Below, in pieces: positions 1-7,953 of a stretch of DNA of 36,178 nt. The stretch is from a virus, in the IMG/VR virus record IMGVR_UViG_3300007790_000056, positions 1 to 36,178 of that record; one strand, written 5' to 3'. The notes under the pieces were generated by a model, which saw only the letters and a list, made by a program, of their open reading frames with translations, was not told the origin of the DNA and did no database searches. Each line of letters begins with the position of its first letter. Position 1 is the first letter of the stretch. Both the position numbers and the translations under genes were made by a program.

Positions 1-91
1 AGTTAGACAAGCTGTTAGCACAGCATGGGGTCATGTTATCGACAGGCGGTGTAGATTATGACCCTGATTACAAGACCACACGTATCTACAA
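1..91. repeat. Terminal direct repeat, identical to 36088-36178 (assembly overlap of a circular or terminally redundant genome)
   Basis: Base-by-base reading shows that 1-91 equals 36088-36178. An ORF runs uninterrupted through the junction. Confidence 0.95.
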
Positions 92-128
92 AAGATACAC
101 GTTGGCACAAACTATTAACTTCGCATAG
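1..128 (+). CDS. Tail-completion / head-tail joining protein, 3' end (continuation of 35838..36178 across the junction)
   Basis: The frame of the ATG at 35838 passes through the 91-bp overlap and stops at TAG 126-128, giving 125 aa once the overlap is collapsed. Confidence 0.7.
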   Translation, partial: LDKLLAQHGVMLSTGGVDYDPDYKTTRIYKRYTLAQTINFA

Positions 129-154
129 ACGAAGAACGAAGGGAAAAGATATTT

Positions 155-748
155 ATGGCTTCAAGAGGTTTTAACAAGGCATGGATTGGCGTATTAGACG
201 CTAATGGATATTTAGAAACAGGTAAATTATTCGAAATTAACGCAGGTAACGCAGGTGCGATTGACGCTAAGGTAAGTGGTTTAGCTTCTCCAATGTCAAC
301 TGTATATGCTTCTAACATTGCGTGGGCTGTATCTGCACAAGGTACTTCAGAAGTGAAACTAGATTTAGGCGTTGGTGACTTAGACGCTATTGACGGTGCT
401 TTCGAAGCGATTACAGGACGAGAAGTAGACGAAGCAGGCTTAGTATGGGCGGGTTCTGAAACTAAACCACCATACGTGGCTGTATTACTTCAGTCAACAG
501 CAGGTAAAGACGGTGACAAAGATATTTTCGTTGGTTTAACGAAAGGTATCTTATCAATTGACGGTGACGAATTCAAAACACAAGAGGATAAAGGGTCTGA
601 AATCACGACTGATACACTAAGCGGTACATTTATCGCACGTGCAGACGGACGTATTTCAGTTAAGGCTCGTGGCACTATGAACAACGATACAGTGACACTT
701 GAAAAACTGAAAACAGCTTTATTCCCTGTGAAAGAGCCAATCGTTTAG
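155..748 (+). CDS. Major tail protein
   Basis: 197-aa ORF with GAAGGGAAAAG upstream of ATG 155. It sits between the head-tail joining genes and the G/GT chaperone pair, the canonical siphovirus position. Confidence 0.8.
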   Translation: MASRGFNKAWIGVLDANGYLETGKLFEINAGNAGAIDAKVSGLASPMSTVYASNIAWAVSAQGTSEVKLDLGVGDLDAIDGAFEAITGREVDEAGLVWAGSETKPPYVAVLLQSTAGKDGDKDIFVGLTKGILSIDGDEFKTQEDKGSEITTDTLSGTFIARADGRISVKARGTMNNDTVTLEKLKTALFPVKEPIV

Positions 749-762
749 TCAGTAATACACAA

Positions 763-782
763 GGGGAAGTCAATACTTCCCC
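763..782 (+). terminator. Stem-loop after the major tail gene (attenuator or mRNA-stabilising hairpin)
   Basis: GGGGAAGT-caat-ACTTCCCC forms a perfect 8-bp stem. The U-tract after it is poor (TGCTTCAT). Confidence 0.45.
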
Positions 783-832
783 TGCTTCATAAATAAACTA
801 AAACTATCACGAAGAAAAAGGAGAAATGCAAA

Positions 833-1153
833 ATGCAAAAAGTTATTTTAGTATTAGAAGATGAAAAAGGTAAAGCAGTAGAATATAAACAGGTAGGGGT
901 TAAGGCTCGTATCTTAAAAGATATTATGATGTTTTCAGCTAAAGCTGAGAAAGGCGACTTTGACGGTGGCGAATACGAAATGATTCAGGAAATGGTCGAA
1001 CTTGTAGCAAAAGTTTTCCAAGACCCTAAAGTGACAGCAGACGCTATTTACGATGGACTGTATGCACATGAGTTATTCCCAACGCTTCAAGGTGTACTAG
1101 AGCAGGTTATGGGCGGTCTTTACACTGACGAGGAAATCAAAGAGGGAAAGTAG
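833..1153 (+). CDS. Tail assembly chaperone (gpG-like)
   Basis: 106-aa acidic ORF directly upstream of the tape measure gene, with RBS AAAGGAGAAA. It ends in a slippery heptamer. Confidence 0.8.
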   Translation: MQKVILVLEDEKGKAVEYKQVGVKARILKDIMMFSAKAEKGDFDGGEYEMIQEMVELVAKVFQDPKVTADAIYDGLYAHELFPTLQGVLEQVMGGLYTDEEIKEGK

Positions 1154-1356
1154 ATTATGACCCTTCGGTGTCGTATGAGGACGGGTTGGAAATGATTGAC
1201 GAAATGTACAGGGCTTTATTGAAAAATAACATGACCCTACAGGACATTGACGACATGGACATATTCGAATACTTACGAATCATCAACGGTGGTCAAGAAT
1301 CGAAAGCTAAAGGCGGTAAGCTAACAGACGCTAACGACATTTTTAATAGCCTATAA
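833..1356 (+). CDS. Tail assembly chaperone frameshift fusion (gpGT-like), -1 shift at 1144-1150
   Basis: The 1168..1356 ORF is in the -1 frame relative to 833..1153 and has no convincing RBS or ATG of its own (the track starts it at GTG). The G/GT arrangement is conserved in siphoviruses. Confidence 0.7.
1144..1150 (+). promoter_or_regulatory. Programmed -1 ribosomal frameshift site G GGA AAG
   Basis: An X XXY YYZ heptamer occupies the last two sense codons of 833..1153. The -1 frame is open from 1129 to 1356. Confidence 0.75.
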
Positions 1357-1368
1357 AGGTAAATAATT

Positions 1369-1408
1369 GGGGGTGGGGTGATTATGCCCTGCCCCCTTTT
1401 TTATTTTA
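1369..1408 (+). terminator. Strong intrinsic terminator between the GT chaperone and the tape measure gene
   Basis: GGGGGTGGGG-tgattatg-CCCTGCCCCC forms a 10-bp stem (2 G-U pairs), followed by TTTTTTATTTT. Confidence 0.75.
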
Positions 1409-1481
1409 TTAAAAGCCATTCAAAGTAGTGGTTTTTACTAAGCTAAAAAAGAATCTTCTGTAGAAAGGAAATGATATACAA

Positions 1482-4400
1482 ATGGCAACTAATAATGGCA
1501 GACCCGCAGGTACAATTGGTATTGGTCTTAGCTTAAATGGTTCACAGTTTCTACAGTCTTTAGACCAAATCAACAAGCAGGTTAAAGTAGCTGAATCACA
1601 AATGAAAGCCAACTTAGCGACAATGAGTAGAGCAGAACGTTCTTATGACGACTTAGCTACTCACGCTAATGATTTAACCGATGTATTGGAAATGCAGTCG
1701 AAAAAGACGCAAGAATTAGAACGCAGACGACAAGAACTAATTGACGCAGGCAAAGAAGGGTCAAAAGAAGAACGTAACTTAGCAATTCAGATTAATAATT
1801 CTATTCGTAACCAAGAGCGATATAACCAACAGTTACGTGATACGAAGAAAGAAATGATTTACGCACAAGAAGGCGTAAACGGTATGAGTGACGAACTGAA
1901 GGAATTACAGCGCACGACAAACCGTTCTGCACAGAATCTAAGCCGATTGGGTGACGAAGCGGGGGCTACTGAAAAGCGTGTACAAGGTTTAACACGTCAG
2001 ACAGAACTAGCAGAACGTGCTGTAAGAGGACAGGAGCGTGTCGTACAGCGTTTAACCCAAGAATTCGGGGAAAACAGCAGGGAAGTATTAAACGCCAACA
2101 GAAGCCTTCAACGTATGCGAGAACAGCATGAAGATTTACAGGTAGAACTGCAACAATCCGAAAGACGATTAGAAGAATTCAACGAGCAAGCAAACGAAGG
2201 TATGGACTTTGCTTCTTGGGGTGAAAAAGCTAAGAACTTCGGAACGATTCTATCAGGGGTATTCATTGGTGCTACGTCAGCAGTAGGCGCACTTGCTGTA
2301 GAAGTTGTTTCACAAATGGAAACAATGGAAACACGCATGGAAACAATGCTTGATACGACTAAGACAAAGGCGAAAGATATGTTAAAAGCCGTACAAGACG
2401 CAGGCAAGCGAGGGGCTGAAACAGACCAATACCAAGAAGGTGTTATTCGTGCGGGTCAACGTGGTGTAAAAGACGCTAAAGAAGTTAAACAAATGGCAGA
2501 CCAAGCGGAATCTTTAAACTACGCTTCAGGTGGCGCATACGAAACAAAAGAAATCATTGACGTTATGGCTATGGTGCGTAAGCGTGGCGGTGACATCAAC
2601 GAACAGTCTAAAACAGTCCAAAAACTGATGAAAGCGGGTATTGAGGACTTTGACCAAGCTATGGAATACCTACCACAAATGCTTGACGGTGGCATGAGTA
2701 TTGACCAAATCGTACAAGGGTTAAAAGGCGGTATGGAATCAGGCGCATGGAACAGTGATAAATCATTAGACTTACTTGCTGAAGGACAGAAACGTGTCGT
2801 AGTGAATGATAAAGCCAACAAAGAAATCTATGATTCAGTAGGATTAGGTGCTGAATTCGCTGATTACCAAGCAGGCAAGATTGACTACACAGCTTTCCTT
2901 AAAAAAGCCAACGAGCAGGCGAAGAAATTAAAGGGAACACCTGCAAAGAAAGAATTTTGGGCTACTGTATTAGGGACACAAGGGGAAGATATTGACTTAG
3001 GTTCTATTGACGGTATCATTTCAGGGGTCAACAAGACAGGTGAAGCCTATAAAGGGGCTACGCAGTCAGCAAAAGAACTGAAAGCCAATGTAGACGAAGA
3101 TTTACCACGAAGAATGGCGGGGGCTTGGAACTCATTGAAACAAGCTATCATGCCATTGGGTGAGGAACTGTCTAAGCTAATCGTAAATGTGATTGATAAG
3201 CTAGAGCCAAAATTCGAACAGCTATCTATTTTCCTTCAGGAAGAATTCATTCCTGCTTTCAAAGAAGAAGTATTACCAACCCTTCAACAATTAAGTGACA
3301 AAGCGGTGGCTGTAGCGGGCATTGTAGGTACTGTATTAGCCCCTGTACTGAAAAGTATATGGAATTGGTTCACTAATCTTTCTGATGGCTCTAAACAGCT
3401 TGTAGTGGGCTTAGGATTGGTCGCAATGGCACTTCCTGTACTCATTCCGCTAATTGGTCTTGTTCTGAAGCCATTCAGGGCGTTAGTGGCTATCATAAAA
3501 GGTGCAGTAAACATCTTCGGGAAGTTAAAAGGGACGTTTTCAAGTGGCGGTCAAGGCGCAGGTAAATTCGGTAAGACTATCAATACGGTAAAAGAAGCCT
3601 TCAGGGGTCTAGTTACGAAAGGGAAGGACTTAGTGACATTCCTTCGTGTGTCATTAGCACCTGTTTTCAATGTAATCAAGAACGTTGCACGTGGATTAGT
3701 AACAGGTGGCTTGAATGTACTAAAACGTGGCTTCGATTTAGTCAAAGGTGCAGGAAGTGGATTGGCGAATGTATTAAGAGGGGCTTTACGTGGTGGCTTC
3801 GCAATTATTTCTAACATTGTGAAAGTCTTAGTACGAATTTTAGTAGGTAGCTTCAAAGGCGCACTAACTGTAGTCCGTATTGCCATGAAAGCATTGTTCG
3901 TCCTTATGCGAGCGCACCCTATTGGCGCATTAATTGCTATTATCATCACTTTAGTAAGTGCCTTCATTACCGCTTATAAGAATTCAGATAAGTTTAGAGC
4001 ATTTATCCAAAAATTATGGAACAAGCTGAAAGAATTCGGGGCTTGGGTGTCTGCTTGGGCTAAGAAGCTATGGGAAGGTGCAAAAAACCTATTCAGCAAC
4101 TTAGTGACTAAAATTAAAAACTTCGTATCAGATTCTATTGAACGCTTTAGAGAAATGAAACGAAAAATCACTGACTTTGTAACAGACATCAAAGACGACT
4201 TTAAGAAGAAATTCGATAACGTAGTAGAATTCATGAAAGGTATTCCTAAGAGAATATGGGACGCTATTCTGAATCAAAAAAGCAAGATGAAAGACAAAAT
4301 GTACGAATTCGGTAAGTCAATCGGTAATGGTATCGAGGACGGGGTAAACGGTGCTGTACGAGGTATCAATAAATTACTTCACTTAGTCGGTGTAGGTAGT

Positions 4401-6119
4401 GGCGATTATGACCCACTGAAAAAAGTAGACATTAAATGGCTTGCTAAAGGTACAGATTACCATGAAGGTGGTCTAGCAGTAGTCAATGACCAAAAGGGCG
4501 GGACTTATCAAGAGTTAGTAACGACACCTGACGGGAACTCATTTATTCCTGAAGGGCGTAACGTTATGATGAACCTACCTAAAGGGTCACAAGTATTACC
4601 TGCTAAACAGACTGACGAATTGATGAACGCTAAGCACTATGCTTGGGGTACGGAATGGATTAAGAAAGCCTATGACAAGTCAAAAGACGCTGTAGTATCT
4701 GTGGGGAATAAAGCTAAGTCTTTCGCTACAGGTGCGCTTGGTAAAGTCAAAGAAGCGGGCGACTTGATTGCCAACCCTGAAAAGTTAGCAAAAGTAGCAA
4801 TTGAAAAGATGATGAACCTAACAGGAAGTGCCAATACACTTTACGGTCAATTCGCAGGGGGCTTCCCTTCATTCATTGCGAAACACGCTAAGGACTTCAT
4901 TAAGGGCAAAGCTGAAGAAAAGCAAGCTGAAGAAATGGACTTTGGGGGCGGGGACTTCGGTAACTACAAGCCCTTCAAAGGCGACTTTAATAAGATTAGT
5001 AACAAAATGGGTGTATATGACTTCCTGTACGACTTAGGTAAGCAGATTGTGAACAAGTTTAAAGGACAGTACCCAACGTTATACATTTCAGACGGTAAGC
5101 GTACTTCTTCTAAGACAAAAGCGGGTACAACTTCAGACCACGTTTACGGACTAGGATTGGACTTGGCAAGGGGCGGTATTAAAGACCAATCGTACTACAA
5201 AATGGCGCAGTCCCTAGCTAATCACCCTTACCTGAAGTATTCTATTGGTTCGGATATGTGGAACAAAGACGGTGGTAGTAAATTCACCAAATTCCCGTAT
5301 GGTGGACACATGAATCACCTTCATATCAGTGGTAAAAACCCTTCTACTGCTAAAAAAGCAGGGTCACAGAGCGGTAGTTTTGCCAACGTATCAGGTGGTG
5401 CGAAGGCTTGGACTTCACACATCAAGAAAGCCTACAAAGCTATCTATGGTAGTGACAAGAACATTTCTACAAATGGTCTGAATGAGGTTCTCGAACAGAT
5501 TCAAACAGAATCAGGCGGTAACGCTAAGATTCGCCAACAGATTACTGATGTCAACTCTAAGAATGGTAGTGGTGGGGCGAAAGGGTTGCTACAATTCATT
5601 CAATCTACTTTCAACAACTACAAAATGAGAGGGCATGGTGACATCTTCAACGGTTATGACCAACTATTAGCCCTGTTTAACATCAAAGAGTGGTACAACG
5701 CTATCACACGTGCAGGTAAAGGTAAAGGTTGGTCGCCTAGAGGTGGACGTGTTCACGCTTATGAAAAAGGCGGTCTAATCACTAAGGAACACATGGCAAT
5801 GGTCGGAGAAGGTAATAAGCCTGAATTAATCATTCCATTAACGAACAAAAACCGAGCATTACAGCTTTTGAATCGTGCATATCACTACTTAGGTGAGGAC
5901 GGTTTTGACGCTACTGTATCAGGTGGCGGTGGGGCTAGTCGTGAACAACTAGCACTCATGCAGGCACAACTGAATAAGCAAGACCAAATGATTGAATTGT
6001 TGATGGCTATTGCTATGAAGGAAACGAACTTCTATGCAGACGGGAAGCAGATTAACGATATTGTTCAATCAAACCAAACGAAAGTAACGAACCGATTAGC
6101 GCAGGCGAAAGGTTTCTAA
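1482..6119 (+). CDS. Tail tape measure protein with C-terminal LAS-type metallopeptidase-like and lytic transglycosylase (SLT) modules
   Basis: At 1545 aa it is the longest ORF. It has a coiled-coil N-terminus and central hydrophobic/TM segments. Peptidase motifs SDHVYGLGLD ... HMNHLHIS lie at about nt 5086-5335. SLT motifs EQIQTESGG ... GAKGLLQF ... Y lie at about nt 5480-5720. Confidence 0.95.
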   Translation: MATNNGRPAGTIGIGLSLNGSQFLQSLDQINKQVKVAESQMKANLATMSRAERSYDDLATHANDLTDVLEMQSKKTQELERRRQELIDAGKEGSKEERNLAIQINNSIRNQERYNQQLRDTKKEMIYAQEGVNGMSDELKELQRTTNRSAQNLSRLGDEAGATEKRVQGLTRQTELAERAVRGQERVVQRLTQEFGENSREVLNANRSLQRMREQHEDLQVELQQSERRLEEFNEQANEGMDFASWGEKAKNFGTILSGVFIGATSAVGALAVEVVSQMETMETRMETMLDTTKTKAKDMLKAVQDAGKRGAETDQYQEGVIRAGQRGVKDAKEVKQMADQAESLNYASGGAYETKEIIDVMAMVRKRGGDINEQSKTVQKLMKAGIEDFDQAMEYLPQMLDGGMSIDQIVQGLKGGMESGAWNSDKSLDLLAEGQKRVVVNDKANKEIYDSVGLGAEFADYQAGKIDYTAFLKKANEQAKKLKGTPAKKEFWATVLGTQGEDIDLGSIDGIISGVNKTGEAYKGATQSAKELKANVDEDLPRRMAGAWNSLKQAIMPLGEELSKLIVNVIDKLEPKFEQLSIFLQEEFIPAFKEEVLPTLQQLSDKAVAVAGIVGTVLAPVLKSIWNWFTNLSDGSKQLVVGLGLVAMALPVLIPLIGLVLKPFRALVAIIKGAVNIFGKLKGTFSSGGQGAGKFGKTINTVKEAFRGLVTKGKDLVTFLRVSLAPVFNVIKNVARGLVTGGLNVLKRGFDLVKGAGSGLANVLRGALRGGFAIISNIVKVLVRILVGSFKGALTVVRIAMKALFVLMRAHPIGALIAIIITLVSAFITAYKNSDKFRAFIQKLWNKLKEFGAWVSAWAKKLWEGAKNLFSNLVTKIKNFVSDSIERFREMKRKITDFVTDIKDDFKKKFDNVVEFMKGIPKRIWDAILNQKSKMKDKMYEFGKSIGNGIEDGVNGAVRGINKLLHLVGVGSGDYDPLKKVDIKWLAKGTDYHEGGLAVVNDQKGGTYQELVTTPDGNSFIPEGRNVMMNLPKGSQVLPAKQTDELMNAKHYAWGTEWIKKAYDKSKDAVVSVGNKAKSFATGALGKVKEAGDLIANPEKLAKVAIEKMMNLTGSANTLYGQFAGGFPSFIAKHAKDFIKGKAEEKQAEEMDFGGGDFGNYKPFKGDFNKISNKMGVYDFLYDLGKQIVNKFKGQYPTLYISDGKRTSSKTKAGTTSDHVYGLGLDLARGGIKDQSYYKMAQSLANHPYLKYSIGSDMWNKDGGSKFTKFPYGGHMNHLHISGKNPSTAKKAGSQSGSFANVSGGAKAWTSHIKKAYKAIYGSDKNISTNGLNEVLEQIQTESGGNAKIRQQITDVNSKNGSGGAKGLLQFIQSTFNNYKMRGHGDIFNGYDQLLALFNIKEWYNAITRAGKGKGWSPRGGRVHAYEKGGLITKEHMAMVGEGNKPELIIPLTNKNRALQLLNRAYHYLGEDGFDATVSGGGGASREQLALMQAQLNKQDQMIELLMAIAMKETNFYADGKQINDIVQSNQTKVTNRLAQAKGF

Positions 6120-6125
6120 CAATTA

Positions 6126-6155
6126 TGCCCCTTCCTCTTGGTTGGGGTATTTTTG
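6126..6155 (+). terminator. Weak terminator-like hairpin after the tape measure gene
   Basis: TGCCCC-12 nt-GGGGTA followed by TTTTTGTG. Confidence 0.35.
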
Positions 6156-6161
6156 TGTATT

Positions 6162-6190
6162 GGAAAGGCAAGTTAAAAGACTAATTATAG
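6162..6190 (+). repeat. Late-module box, copy A
   Basis: GGAAAGGCAAGTTAAAAGACTAATTATAG lies 44 nt upstream of ATG 6234, directly after a hairpin and T-run. Confidence 0.9.
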
Positions 6191-6233
6191 AGGGGCAACC
6201 TTTTATCACATACACAGAAAGGAAAGATAGAAA

Positions 6234-7937
6234 ATGGCAAAACCTACAACTTTTAATTTTGCGTCAATGAATTCGGACACAGATTTAGGTATTATTGTCA
6301 ATGGCATTAAGCGTGATTCATTGGCGAAGTTGAACCCTACATTTACTTCAGTAGCGGGACGACATGGCGAAGTATACGAAGGTACACAACGAGGTGGTAA
6401 GGAATTCGAAGTAGAATGTACTCTTATGGCGAATTCTGAAGTCCAACGAGAAGCGGAAATAGATGAATTAGCAGGGTTCTTCGGACAGACGACAGACGGT
6501 GATTTATACCCGCTCATTTTCAGCGATAGAGCAGACACGATTTATTATGCTGTCCTAACTGAATTCAGCGCATTATCACCCCTATCACAGACCGTACATG
6601 ACGGAAACTTCACACTTAAATTTTTCGTACCTGAAGGCGTGGGCTACATGGACTTAATTGAACAACCAATCACAGAACCCACAATCACAATCGAACCTTT
6701 AGGCACAGCCGATACTGCACCAATCTTTGAATTGACAGCAGGCGAAACATTATCACAAGTCGGTATTTCAGATAGTGAAGGGAATTTTATCTACTTAGGC
6801 GGTGGCTATGATGTAGACCCCAACGAAGATACACCAACGACAGCTACAAGTGAATTAATCCTAGCTGATTCAGCGAATGACTTATCACTTTGGACGAAGC
6901 TAACAACAAATCTACCATTCACAATTGAAAATGGTTCTGTAGCTTCTGACGCTTCATTAGCTACTACACCTGACGCTATCGAACCTGCTAAAAAGAACGG
7001 GGAATACTTCTTCGGTACGAACCCTAACGGTGCAGGTAAAAAGGGGTGGTATGGTGCGGTATATCATCGTATGCTTACCACTTCACTTCCTGATTGGAAA
7101 GTACGAGCGAGATTCTTTATTAATAACCGCTACGGACGAGCGCAGAACAAGATTGAACTGTATCTATTGGACGCTAATAAGAAGCGTATCGGTAAGCTAA
7201 TGGTGAAGGATAACGGGAACAGCATGACTAATATGCTTCAGGCACAGATTGGCTATGATTCAAACGGTACTCACAAAGAGGTGTACACGTCACTGAAAGA
7301 CGCAAGTATCAAGACCACTAAAAAGAACTCACTTTCTAAGAAGCCTGTATACTTCAAACATACGAAGAAAGTTACTGATAAAAAGACCAAGAAAACAAAG
7401 ACGGTCTACACGACTTCAGTAGCACACGCACAGTCGAATGAAGAAAATACCTTCACAGACTTTTATGGCTATATTGAACTGACGAAGAAAGGCAACGTAT
7501 ATTCCGCTACAGTCCAAAAACTAGATTCAAAAGGGAAGGAAATCAGCGGGAAAGCCTATTCATTAGGGACGTACACAGACAAAAATAATACATTCGGTGA
7601 TTCGTTAGCGGGTGTGGCTATCTACATGGCTAAACATGACATTACAGAAGATAGCAACGGGAAGGCATACAAGCCGAATCAAGTACAACTTACAGACTTG
7701 CGTATCTACAAAGTGAACCTAAAGGGTGAGGTGGATATGGTAGCAGACAAAGGGGACGTTATCACGATTGACTGTGACAACAAACAGGTGTTCAAAAATG
7801 GCGTTCTATACAACAATTTGTATTTATCGTCAAGTTACCTAACAATGTTAGCAGGACAACCTAACGTCTACAGCGTATCACCTACCCCTTCAGCTACGAA
7901 TACATGGAAAGTGAAGTACAGTCCTAAGAAATACTAG
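6234..7937 (+). CDS. Distal tail protein (Dit), enlarged form with C-terminal extension
   Basis: First ORF after the tape measure gene. The N-terminal ~150 aa look like the siphovirus tail family (NSDTDLGIIV ... VAGRHGEVYEG ... FEVECTL). At 567 aa it is about twice a minimal Dit. It contains a Lys-rich tract KKNSLSKKPVYFKHTKKVTDKKTKKTK. Confidence 0.75.
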   Translation: MAKPTTFNFASMNSDTDLGIIVNGIKRDSLAKLNPTFTSVAGRHGEVYEGTQRGGKEFEVECTLMANSEVQREAEIDELAGFFGQTTDGDLYPLIFSDRADTIYYAVLTEFSALSPLSQTVHDGNFTLKFFVPEGVGYMDLIEQPITEPTITIEPLGTADTAPIFELTAGETLSQVGISDSEGNFIYLGGGYDVDPNEDTPTTATSELILADSANDLSLWTKLTTNLPFTIENGSVASDASLATTPDAIEPAKKNGEYFFGTNPNGAGKKGWYGAVYHRMLTTSLPDWKVRARFFINNRYGRAQNKIELYLLDANKKRIGKLMVKDNGNSMTNMLQAQIGYDSNGTHKEVYTSLKDASIKTTKKNSLSKKPVYFKHTKKVTDKKTKKTKTVYTTSVAHAQSNEENTFTDFYGYIELTKKGNVYSATVQKLDSKGKEISGKAYSLGTYTDKNNTFGDSLAGVAIYMAKHDITEDSNGKAYKPNQVQLTDLRIYKVNLKGEVDMVADKGDVITIDCDNKQVFKNGVLYNNLYLSSSYLTMLAGQPNVYSVSPTPSATNTWKVKYSPKKY

Positions 7938-7953
7938 AAAGGAATGATAAGGA

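Noticed and set aside
2108-5037. Several 69-138-aa ORFs lie inside or antisense to the tape measure gene (2108..2407, 2519..2821, 3284..3514, 3551..3967, 3974..4234, 4828..5037).
   Set aside because: All are nested in the 1545-aa tape measure ORF, lack initiation signals and have odd composition. They are shadow ORFs.
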